Shown in pieces: positions 20,790 through 30,157 of a DNA stretch of 64,000 bases. The notes under the pieces are model-generated. The model had not been told where the DNA came from. It made no database searches and was given only the letters and a program-made list of their open reading frames with translations. The stretch covers positions 928,001 through 992,000 of the forward strand of contig OZ242010.1 in NCBI GenBank assembly GCA_965204745.1, given 5' to 3'. Position numbers and translations under genes: made by a program. This DNA is from Candidatus Latescibacterota bacterium (GTDB taxonomy: Bacteria > Latescibacterota > UBA2968). Every line of letters begins with the position of its first letter. Position 1 is the stretch's first letter.

Positions 20790-21086
20790 GTGACCAAAGC
20801 GGATATTGTCAATCAGATTGCCGAAGCAACGGGATTGACCAAAACAGATACTTCATTGGTCGTAGAGGGCATGCTCGCGTCGCTCAGTGAGGCGATGCAA
20901 CAGGGTGAACACATTGAGATTCGCGGTTTTGGCACGTTCAAGGTGGTTCGCCGCGCACCGCGCACGGGTCGCAACCCCAAAACAGGCAAAGTCGTAAAAA
21001 TTCCCGCACGCCCAGTGCCCGTGTTCAAGCCCTCACGCGAACTGCGTCATTCTGTTGCGGAGGCTTCTGTTCTTCCATCTAGCTAA
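20790..21086 (+). CDS. hup: HU/IHF family DNA-binding protein
   Basis: TKADIV, IRGFGTF, GRNPKTG and PVFKPS motifs. Confidence 0.92.
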   Translation: MTKADIVNQIAEATGLTKTDTSLVVEGMLASLSEAMQQGEHIEIRGFGTFKVVRRAPRTGRNPKTGKVVKIPARPVPVFKPSRELRHSVAEASVLPSS

Positions 21087-21107
21087 TGCACCCACAGGAG
21101 GTGGCTC

Positions 21108-21200
21108 TTGCCCAGCGGAAAAAAGCGCAAACGCGCAAAAATCGCAACGCATAAGCGAAAAAAAAGACGCCGACGAGACCGACACAAAAAGAAGGTTTAA
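21108..21200 (+). CDS. 30S ribosomal protein bS22 (AURKAIP1/COX24-like), 30 aa
   Basis: AGGAGG RBS then TTG; MPSGKKRKRAKIATHKRKKRRRRDRHKKKV; below ORF-track length cutoff. Confidence 0.88.
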   Translation: MPSGKKRKRAKIATHKRKKRRRRDRHKKKV

Positions 21201-21240
21201 GGGTAGTAAGGCGGTCAGCGATTCGCGCACGGCACGCCAA

Positions 21241-21322
21241 GGGCCCCTGACCTTGTACATTACCGGTCTTGTCAGCCCCAAAGGCTGCGATACTCTTCGG
21301 TAAAACTTGAAGGCAGGGGCCC
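21241..21322. ncRNA. Putative structured RNA related to the IS110 bridge RNA donor loop
   Basis: Long hairpin GGGCCCCTG...CAGGGGCCC containing two 12-nt, one 10-nt and one 9-nt exact matches to the IS110 non-coding end. Confidence 0.55.
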
Positions 21323-21348
21323 ATTTCCCAGTTGGATGTGGCTACTCT

Positions 21349-21425
21349 GGGGCATTAGCTCAGTTGGATAGAGCACTGGTCTCCGGAACCAGAGGTCACA
21401 GGTTCGAATCCTGTATGTCCCACCA
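21349..21425 (+). tRNA. tRNA-Arg(CCG)
   Basis: Anticodon arm CTGGT-CT CCG GA-ACCAG; GGTTCGAATCC; CCA encoded. Confidence 0.95.
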
Positions 21426-21430
21426 TAAGC

Positions 21431-21469
21431 AATGGGGCGAGAGTGATGAATAACTCTCGCCCCATTTTT
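21431..21469 (+). terminator. Intrinsic terminator
   Basis: ATGGGGCGAGAGT...ACTCTCGCCCCATTTTT. Confidence 0.75.
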
Positions 21470-21499
21470 GTATTCGTCGTTATCCGCGTTCATCCCCGC

Positions 21500-22555
<1,056 letters not shown>

Positions 22556-22646
22556 CTACTGACCGCTTGGAACGTTCGGGCGAGCACGGGACATCGCCCA
22601 AAAAGGTGAGAGGTGAGAGGCAAGACGTGAGAAAGCCACCCCTCTT

Positions 22647-22704
22647 GTATCTTGGAAGAAAGGGTTAATTAGGTGTTGCGCCCTCGCATCGAGACAAGCC
22701 ATCT
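22647..22704 (+). mobile_element. IS110 left-end stub (58 bp)
   Basis: 54/58 identical to 28886-28943; preceded by the same CCCCTCTT target half. Confidence 0.85.
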
Positions 22705-22899
22705 CACGTCTCGGTTTTGGGCGGCTGGGCGGGGACTGACTACTGACTACTGACCGCTTGGAACGTTCGGGCGAGCACGGGGGCATCGCCCCTCTCTTGA
22801 ACTGGCTATCGCCAGTTGTACCCCTTTTGTGCCTTTGAACTGGCTGTCGCCAGTTGTACCCCGCTCGTGCCTTTTGTGGCTAAAATCTCATCTCCCCTC

Positions 22900-23538
22900 T
22901 CACCGCCGGGCGGCTGGGCGGGGACTGACCGCTGAATCCTGCGCGGCATCGATCAGTTCGTTGATTTTGTCGCGGGCGTCGCGGGCTTCTTTGTTTAGCT
23001 TTTGGATCAGCGGCGGCACTTGTGAGGCGGTCTGAATGCCCAGTTTTTCGAGCGTGGTTTTTACGTTGGGAAACATGGCTTGCACCCCATCGGCAATGAC
23101 GCGGGCGGCTTTTTGCAGGGGCGGCCCCAAGGCGGAGTCGTCAATGAGTTCGGGCACGCGGCTGTGGATGGGGTTTGCGCGCAAAAACAGGGTGAGCAGG
23201 CCGATGATCAAGACGCCTTGCGCCAGGCCCAAAATGCCGCCGCCAACCGCATCTATCAGGCCCAAGGGCGATGCGTGCAGGACCCTGTGGATGGCCTGAC
23301 CAATCAGGTAGCAGGCGATCAAGACAGCCAGCCCCACCGCAAAAAACCCGATCAGCATGGTGCCCTCGCTGGTCGAATCGAACAGGGCACGCGCCAAAGA
23401 TTCGCCATAAGCGAGGGCACATCCGTAGGCCAAGACCACGCTGATCAGCCAGATCAGGCTTTGCACCAGCCCGATTTGCCACCCTTTCCAAGCGAGGTAA
23501 AAGAGGCCGAGTGCGAGAATGGGATCGATGATGTTCAT
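22900..23538 (-). CDS. CvpA family membrane protein
   Basis: MNIIDPIL..., GWQIGLV and IDAVGGGILG; four TM segments. Confidence 0.85.
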   Translation of the reverse strand: MNIIDPILALGLFYLAWKGWQIGLVQSLIWLISVVLAYGCALAYGESLARALFDSTSEGTMLIGFFAVGLAVLIACYLIGQAIHRVLHASPLGLIDAVGGGILGLAQGVLIIGLLTLFLRANPIHSRVPELIDDSALGPPLQKAARVIADGVQAMFPNVKTTLEKLGIQTASQVPPLIQKLNKEARDARDKINELIDAAQDSAVSPRPAARR

Positions 23539-23688
23539 GGCAAAAATAAAAAAGCGACAGCCACCCGTAGGTGACTATCGCGTGACCTAAAAATTGCGAA
23601 AGACTTAGAGAATACCCCCTACTCGCCTCAGTTGGGAGAGACAGGCTCCCTTGTAGAGGGGTGAGGAAGCGGATCTTAAAGCACTCTC

Positions 23689-23886
23689 TTAGCGGGTGTA
23701 TTGTTGGTCCATCTTGATCCGCTTGCGTCTTGCAGCGGCAATTTTGCGTTTCCGACGTTCACTTGGTTTTTCAAAGTGCTGGTTTTTCTTCATGTCGGAA
23801 ATAACACCGGCTTTTTCGCAGGCTTTTTTGAACCGCTTGAGTGCTCTTTCAAACGGCTCGTCATCGCGTACGAGGACACCAGGCAT
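23689..23886 (-). CDS. rpsU: 30S ribosomal protein S21
   Basis: EPFERALKRFKK...FEKPSERRK. Confidence 0.95.
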   Translation of the reverse strand: MPGVLVRDDEPFERALKRFKKACEKAGVISDMKKNQHFEKPSERRKRKIAAARRKRIKMDQQYTR

Positions 23887-24091
23887 GCCTGGATCACCCC
23901 TTTCTTGAATGAGTGTTGTGAACGACCAAAGCGAAGTTCAATATATAAAAACCCCCGCACTTTCGCAACCCGTTTTTAGGCGCGAAACGTGCGAGGGGAG
24001 TTTGGTCACAAGCGGGATAACTGGCGATAGCCCGTTCAATGGAGAGCAGTGTGTAGGGGCTGACGCCTCCACGCTCGCCCGAAGATAAATG

Positions 24092-24242
24092 CAGTAGTCA
24101 GTAGTCAGTGGTCAGTGGTCAGTGGTCAGTGGTCAGTGGTCAGTGGTCAGTGGTCAGTGGTCAGTGGTCAGTGGTCAGTGGTCAGTGGTCAGTGGTCAGT
24201 GGTCAGTGGTCAGTGGTCAGTGGTCAGTGGTCAGTGGTCAGT
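24092..24242. repeat. Heptamer tandem array (CAGTGGT/CAGTAGT), about 21 copies
   Basis: Direct reading. Confidence 0.95.
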
Positions 24243-24354
24243 CCCCGCCCATCGCCGCCCAAAGGCGGTTCGCAGATCAGGCAGAGGGCGCAGATGTAGG
24301 GGCGATGCCCCCGCGCTCGCCCAACCCGTTCAACCGCTTGGTATGACCACTGCC

Positions 24355-25119
24355 TTAAGCAAATTGCAACACGGTGCGATGCGCTCCGACGTGACCGATG
24401 TTGTCGTCGATTTCCCGGCGGTTCATCATGCCGATGGTGATGGCGTCGATGGCCGGGATGTCGAGGACGTAGTGGATGGCGTCGCGCGCGGGCAGGTCGC
24501 CGCGGCCCACCACTTTCATGCCGTAAACCCCGATGTCGTTGGCGTCCATTTCTTCGAGAATGGGGATGACCCGTTCGGGCGGGCCGTCCATGTTTTTGCC
24601 AGCGTAGTTGATGCGCGCCAAAACGACGTCGACCCAAGGGGTAAAGGCGGCTTGCTGGAACGCGTCGATATCGTGGCAGGAAACCCCGTGGGCGCGGATG
24701 ACGCCGCGTTGCTTTTTCTCGGCGAGCACGTCCATGACCCCGCGATACGAGAAGGGCCATTCCTCGTCGGTCAGGCAATGCATGAGAACGATGTCGATGT
24801 AATCGGTGTTCAGTTCGCGCAAGATGCGATCCATATCGCGCTCGGCCTCGCGGGCCGTGGTGGCGCGAATTTTGGAGGTGATGACCACGTCCTCGCGGTC
24901 GATGTGATCGAGCGCGGCCGCGAGGTGGCGATGGCTACCGTATTGATCCGCGCTGTCCCAAAACGCGATGCCCCGCTCAAAGCCGTAGATGAGCAGGTCG
25001 GTCAACGCACGCTGTCCCAAGTCCGTCTGGTTGGAACGCCCGCCCCAACCATTGGTGCCCGTGCCAAAACAGAGTTGCGAGACCGCGATGCCGGTGGTGC
25101 CGAGTTCGACGATTTTCAT
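24355..25119 (-). CDS. Aldo/keto reductase
   Basis: LGTTGIAVSQLCFGT, WDSADQYG, ITSK and TDYIDIVLMH motifs. Confidence 0.9.
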   Translation of the reverse strand: MKIVELGTTGIAVSQLCFGTGTNGWGGRSNQTDLGQRALTDLLIYGFERGIAFWDSADQYGSHRHLAAALDHIDREDVVITSKIRATTAREAERDMDRILRELNTDYIDIVLMHCLTDEEWPFSYRGVMDVLAEKKQRGVIRAHGVSCHDIDAFQQAAFTPWVDVVLARINYAGKNMDGPPERVIPILEEMDANDIGVYGMKVVGRGDLPARDAIHYVLDIPAIDAITIGMMNRREIDDNIGHVGAHRTVLQFA

Positions 25120-25337
25120 GGTGAGCTCCTCGTGAAAATGAAAGACGACCCCTCCCCCGGCCCCTCCCCGAGACGGGGAGTCCTTATACCCATTTGATTT
25201 TAGGTTGTCCGTATCCTGGTCCCATCAAGGAATGGCGAGGGGGTAGGTCTCGGGTTAGACTGGTGTTTTGTGTATATTAAAGTCCTGTGCTGCATTCGTC
25301 AATGAATTTGTGTTGGGGAAAAAAGGAGTTTGCCGCG

Positions 25338-26381
25338 ATGAAATTAGGTCTTGTCGGGTTGCCGCAGGTGGGGAAAAAGACGCTGTTTCGGTTGTTGACC
25401 GGGCAGGTTGCAAGCGAGATGGGGCAGGTGAAAGTGCGCGACGCACGGTTTGATAGGCTGGTGGAACTGTATGCCCCACAGCGCGGAGTGCCCGCACAGA
25501 TGGATTTTGTGTTGTTGCCGGATTTGGATGTTCAGGCGGATCGCAATATCCCGGTTTTTCGCGGTCTGGAGCGGGTGGATGTGATTTGCTTGCTCGCGCG
25601 GGCGTTTGAAGACGATACGGTTTTTCACGTTGCGGGCCGCGTGGATGCCAAGCGCGATGTGCAGGCGTTTTGGGACGAGTTGTTGCTCGCCGATCTGATT
25701 TTTGTGGAGAAGCGGTTGGCGCGGTTGGCAAAAGAGCAGCGAACAAGAGATCGGCAACGCGCAGCGCGAGAGGCGGATTTGATGACGCGGATGCAGGCGC
25801 ATTTGGAAGCGGGCAACCCCCTCCGAGAATTCGCGCTCACCGCAGAGGAGGTGAAGTTGACCGCGAGTTATCCCTTTTTGACGGCCAAGGCCGTGATCGT
25901 GGTGCTGAACACAAGCGAAGATCAAATCGGCGATGCGCGTCTCGTGGCGGAACTCGCGGCTGATTTTGCCACCTGTGGGTTTGAATGGATTTCGATTTCC
26001 GCGCAAATCGAGGTGGAAATTTCCCTGCTCGACGCAGAGGGTCGCGCGGCGTTTCTCGCCGATTTGGGCATCGATCAACCCGCGCTGGATCGGTTGACTC
26101 TGCTGTGTTATGAGACGCTGGGGTTGATTTCGTTTTTCACCGTGGGCGAGGACGAGGTGCGCGCTTGGACGATTCGCAAGGGGACATTGGCCCAGCGAGC
26201 AGGCGGCGCGATTCACGGGGATATCGAGCGGGGGTTCATTCGCGCAGAGGTGACGCGCTACGAGGATTTGATCGCACTGGGCGATGAGCAAAAAGTGAAA
26301 GCCGCAGGCAAACTGATGGTTAAGGGAAAAGACGCAGAGGTGCTAGATGGCGATGTGATTCACTTTTTGTTTAAGGTGTGA
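25338..26381 (+). CDS. YchF-like protein with divergent G motifs
   Basis: GLVGLPQVGKKT; SFFTVGEDEVRAW; IHGDIERGFIRAE; DGDVIHF (TGS domain). Confidence 0.85.
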   Translation: MKLGLVGLPQVGKKTLFRLLTGQVASEMGQVKVRDARFDRLVELYAPQRGVPAQMDFVLLPDLDVQADRNIPVFRGLERVDVICLLARAFEDDTVFHVAGRVDAKRDVQAFWDELLLADLIFVEKRLARLAKEQRTRDRQRAAREADLMTRMQAHLEAGNPLREFALTAEEVKLTASYPFLTAKAVIVVLNTSEDQIGDARLVAELAADFATCGFEWISISAQIEVEISLLDAEGRAAFLADLGIDQPALDRLTLLCYETLGLISFFTVGEDEVRAWTIRKGTLAQRAGGAIHGDIERGFIRAEVTRYEDLIALGDEQKVKAAGKLMVKGKDAEVLDGDVIHFLFKV

Positions 26382-26493
26382 TGTGGCTCGAGTGGCATTT
26401 TGGGGCAAGCGTTCCCCGCTTGACTTTTCTCGAAATGGATCTTTATTATCGCTGTGCGTAATAGAGGGTTGACACAGAACGACGAGGGCAATC

Positions 26494-28689
26494 ATGACCA
26501 ATAATTCTCATACCGCCGAACGGCTCACCCCGTTGCATCGCATCAAACTGTTGCTTCTAGCGGGGTTGATCGCCTTGGGTACTTTTGTGCAGTGCGGGCA
26601 ACCCGAACCCGAACCCGTGTCCGAGCCAGCGTCGGCGTCGCGGCCCAAGTACACCGGCGACCTTCCACAGTTGCAGGAACGCGGGGCCTTGCGCGTGATC
26701 GTGCGCCCGGATCCGATCAGCCACATGCCTCGTCGGGCAGAGCCGGTGACCCTGAACCACGACATCGCCAATGGCCTGGCAGAAGCCTTTAAGGTGAAGT
26801 TGGAACTCGTCAATGCCGAGAATTACGCGCAGATGATCGACAAACTCCTCGAAGGTGAGGGCGACATCATCGCCGCCAGCTTGACCGTGACGCCAGAGCG
26901 CGAACAGGTCGGGGCGTTTTCCGTGCCCTATCTGTACGTGGATGAGTACTTGATAACAGCAACCGGGGACAGCCTGCCGCAGACCATAGACGAACTCGCG
27001 GGCATGGTAATCAGCGTGCGGCAGACGAGTTCGTATCATCAAACCCTAGTTGATATTCAGAAGCGCGTCCCGTCTTTGACCATCCACGCCGCGCCCGAAT
27101 CGCTCAGCACCACAGCGCTGATCGACGGCGTCGCGCACGGCAAATTCACCGCGACCGTCTCCGACGCCCACATCTGGCAAGCCGTGTCCAGCTATTACGA
27201 CAGGTTGGCGACCCCACTCGTGCTGGCTGAAAATCGCCCCATCGCCCTGATGATGCGGCCCGGCGATGTGAAGCTCAAAGAAAAGGTGGATGAGTTCCTG
27301 CTCGCATACCAGTTCACGCGCCATCGGCAACAGACATTTGACGACGACCTGAGCGGCCTGAAAAAACGCCGGCGGTTGCGGATGATCACGCGCAACAATG
27401 CCATGACCTATTTTATCTACCGCGGCCAGCAAGTGGGCTTTGAATACGAACTCATGAAAAAATTCGCGTCCGAACACGACTTGCGCCTCGAAATCGTCAT
27501 TCCAGACAGCCATGCCGAACTGCTCTCGTACTTGAACGCGGGCAAGGGCGACGTCGTGGCCGTGGCAATGACCATCACCGAAGAACGGCAAGCGCAGGCC
27601 GCATTTACCCTGCCCTACAACGAGGTGGAAGAACTGGTGGTGGTGCGCGAAGAGGACCATTCAATTACCAGCTTGAAGGATTTGGCCGGGAGAACCGTCC
27701 ATGTGCGCGAGAGCTCTTCGTTTCACACCACCCTGACCGCGTTGCAAAATTCTATCGGCGGCCTCGAGATCGCGGCGGTTGCCGACCATATTGAAACCGA
27801 AGATATTTTGGCCGGGGTGGAAGCGGGCAAATACGATATTACGCTGTGCGACTCCAATTTGCTCGACGTGGAACGCGCTTATGGCCGCCGCCTCAAAGCC
27901 GCCTTCAGCATCAAACCCACCGCGTTGGGCTGGGCCGTGCGAAAGGACAATCCGGAATTGCTGGCCGCACTCGATCAATACATCGCACGCGAAAAAGGCG
28001 GTTTGTTTTTCAACATGATGAAAAAGCGGTATTTTCAGAACAAACGCGCAGTCGCCAGAGCCAAGGATTCCCTGCGGGTCGATCTGGGCGGGAAGTTGTC
28101 GCCTTATGACGACCTCGTCAAAAAGTACGCGTACCAATACGGGCAGGACTGGCGGTTGACCACCGCGCAGATGTACCAGGAATCCAAATTCGATCCCAAA
28201 GCCGTCAGTTGGGTCGGCGCGCAGGGCCTGATGCAGGTGATGCCGAGAACGGGCCGGCAGTTGGGATTCACCAAACTTTACGAACCCCACGAGAGCATCC
28301 ACGCGGGCGTGAAGTACATGCATCAACTCATCAACCGGTTCGATCACAACTTGCCAATGGACGAGCGGATTCGCTTCGCGCTGGCTTCGTACAATGTCGG
28401 GTACGGTCATGTGCTCGACGCCCGCCGCTTGGCGCGAGAAAAGGGATGGAATGCGGACCGCTGGTTCGGTCATGTGGAACGGGCCATGCGCCTGCTCTCC
28501 CAACCCGCTTACTACAAACGGGCGCGATACGGCTTTTGCCGCGGCAACCAACCCGTACACTACGTCGAGAACATCCAGAGTTTTTACGACGCGTATGTCG
28601 AAATCCTGAGCACGACCACGCCCACAACTCTGCCCCTCGTCGCGGGCTTCATCGGACGCCCATCCGCTATAACGCAACCGCATCGCTGA
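26494..28689 (+). CDS. MltF-like lytic transglycosylase with two substrate-binding domains
   Basis: Two SBP_bac_3-like domains; YQESKF, GLMQV and ASYNVG SLT motifs. Confidence 0.88.
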   Translation: MTNNSHTAERLTPLHRIKLLLLAGLIALGTFVQCGQPEPEPVSEPASASRPKYTGDLPQLQERGALRVIVRPDPISHMPRRAEPVTLNHDIANGLAEAFKVKLELVNAENYAQMIDKLLEGEGDIIAASLTVTPEREQVGAFSVPYLYVDEYLITATGDSLPQTIDELAGMVISVRQTSSYHQTLVDIQKRVPSLTIHAAPESLSTTALIDGVAHGKFTATVSDAHIWQAVSSYYDRLATPLVLAENRPIALMMRPGDVKLKEKVDEFLLAYQFTRHRQQTFDDDLSGLKKRRRLRMITRNNAMTYFIYRGQQVGFEYELMKKFASEHDLRLEIVIPDSHAELLSYLNAGKGDVVAVAMTITEERQAQAAFTLPYNEVEELVVVREEDHSITSLKDLAGRTVHVRESSSFHTTLTALQNSIGGLEIAAVADHIETEDILAGVEAGKYDITLCDSNLLDVERAYGRRLKAAFSIKPTALGWAVRKDNPELLAALDQYIAREKGGLFFNMMKKRYFQNKRAVARAKDSLRVDLGGKLSPYDDLVKKYAYQYGQDWRLTTAQMYQESKFDPKAVSWVGAQGLMQVMPRTGRQLGFTKLYEPHESIHAGVKYMHQLINRFDHNLPMDERIRFALASYNVGYGHVLDARRLAREKGWNADRWFGHVERAMRLLSQPAYYKRARYGFCRGNQPVHYVENIQSFYDAYVEILSTTTPTTLPLVAGFIGRPSAITQPHR

Positions 28690-28707
28690 GTGACGCGGTT
28701 GACCTAT

Positions 28708-28756
28708 CAAAAAAAATGAGAGGTTGCGACGAACTCGAGCGCGACCTCTCATTTTT
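28708..28756. terminator. Terminator-like hairpin
   Basis: AAAAAATGAGAGGTTGCG...CGCGACCTCTCATTTTT. Confidence 0.65.
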
Positions 28757-28790
28757 AAGTTACTGACCACTTGGGCGGCGATGGGCGGGG

Positions 28791-28848
28791 ACTGACCACT
28801 GACCACTGACCACTGACCACTGACCACTGACCACTGACCACTGACCAC
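28791..28848. repeat. Heptamer tandem array (ACTGACC), about 8 copies
   Basis: Direct reading. Confidence 0.9.
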
Positions 28849-28899
28849 TTGTTTCTTGCCTCTCCCCTCTTGCGTCTCCCCTCTTGTATCTTGGAAGTA

Positions 28900-29095
28900 A
28901 GGGTTAATTAGGAGTTGCGCCCTCGTATCGAGATAAGCCATCTTGATGCCCGGCTCGGGGAAGGCCGGCCCCTCTTGAAGGCGATGACCTTGTAGGTAAG
29001 ATAGGCCCCCCGACCGCCGGGTCTATGCCGAAGAGTATCTAAGTCCCTTGAGGCTGCATATACAAGACCGGTAGACTTGGCGTCAATGGTCGGGA
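28900..29095 (+). ncRNA. IS110 bridge RNA (target and donor loops); 5' end approximate
   Basis: Target guides CCCCTCT (28969-75) and AGGTAAGA (28994-29001); donor guides AGAGTATCT (29032-40) and ATACAAGA (29060-67); each pair flanks a hairpin inside a closing stem. Confidence 0.8.
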
Positions 29096-29149
29096 TCGAA
29101 CTCGAGCGCACACCAGACCCCTTACAACCCCTCATCACAGGAGGCCCCC

Positions 29150-30157
29150 ATGTCGAAATCTCAACCCGCTTTCGCCGGCATTGATGTCAGTGCCCGCACG
29201 TTGTCTGTTGCCCTGTCCAGACCCGGACAAGCTGTCATGCAAGCGACCTTTGCCAATGATCCCCAAGCCCATAAGCGGTTGCTGAAGTGGCTCACCAAGG
29301 GCGGGCACATGGTCTCTGTGTGCCTCGAAGCGACCGGGCTTTACAGCTTGGGGGTGGCCTTGGCCTTGCATCGGCATCGCCACACAAAGGTCATGGTCGT
29401 CAATCCCAAAGCGATGAGCAAGTACGGTCAAGCCCGCATGCAACGAGCCAAGACGGATGCGAAGGATGCGTTGTTGATCATGGATTATGCCGAGCGCATG
29501 CCGTTTGTGCCTTGGCAAGCGCCGAGTGAGCAACGGCTTCAACTGCAAGCCCTCACCAGACGCATTGACCAACTCAAGCAGGTGATCATCAGTGAACAGA
29601 GCCGCAACCACGCGCAAAGCTACCACATCCTGAGCACACGGCGCATCGCACGCGATATTCAGGTGAATATTCGACACCTCAAACGCCGGATTGCATACTT
29701 GGAAGACCAAGCCCTCGATCTCGTTTTGCACGATGAGACCCTCAAGCGCGCCTACCAACGCCTCTGCTCGACGCCTGGCATCGCACAAACGAGCGCCTTG
29801 CGGCTCTTGGCCGAGTTGACCCTTTTGCCTGAGGAGATGCAACCGCCCCAGTGGGTCGCACATGCAGGCCTGGATCCCAAACCCAAACAATCCGGAACCG
29901 CCAACCCACAAAGACGCATCTCGAAAACCGGGAATAAGTACCTCCGCCATGCCCTCTATATGCCTGCCTGGGTGGCCATCAGACACGAAGTCCATGTCAA
30001 AGCCTTCTATGACCAACTCATTGCCCGCGGCAAGAAACCTTTGCAGGCTATCGTTGCGGTGATGCGAAAGTTGCTCCATTCAATCTGGGGCATGTTGCGG
30101 CATGACCAAGATTTTGAGGGCGAGAAATTCTATCGAATCGCCCCGCAATCCCCTTGA
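29150..30157 (+). CDS. IS110 DEDD recombinase/transposase
   Basis: GIDVS, LEATG, KTDAKDA, QSG serine motif and GNKYLR. Confidence 0.96.
   Translation: MSKSQPAFAGIDVSARTLSVALSRPGQAVMQATFANDPQAHKRLLKWLTKGGHMVSVCLEATGLYSLGVALALHRHRHTKVMVVNPKAMSKYGQARMQRAKTDAKDALLIMDYAERMPFVPWQAPSEQRLQLQALTRRIDQLKQVIISEQSRNHAQSYHILSTRRIARDIQVNIRHLKRRIAYLEDQALDLVLHDETLKRAYQRLCSTPGIAQTSALRLLAELTLLPEEMQPPQWVAHAGLDPKPKQSGTANPQRRISKTGNKYLRHALYMPAWVAIRHEVHVKAFYDQLIARGKKPLQAIVAVMRKLLHSIWGMLRHDQDFEGEKFYRIAPQSP

Noticed and set aside
21201-21348. Hairpin as SRP RNA or 6S RNA
   Set aside because: Lacks the SRP domain IV motif (CAGG..GRAA..AGCA). It is short for 6S and in an atypical context, and the IS110 matches explain it better. 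6S is not formally excluded without an Rfam search.
22797-22885. Repeated palindromic unit of about 30 bp as a possible CRISPR array
   Set aside because: At most two tandem copies per site, no unique spacers and no cas genes; dispersed like REPs.
24108-24346. ORFs reading SVVSGQW, also LTSHVSR (50724) and LLPLTSY (54619)
   Set aside because: Translations of stop-free heptamer arrays, open in several frames.
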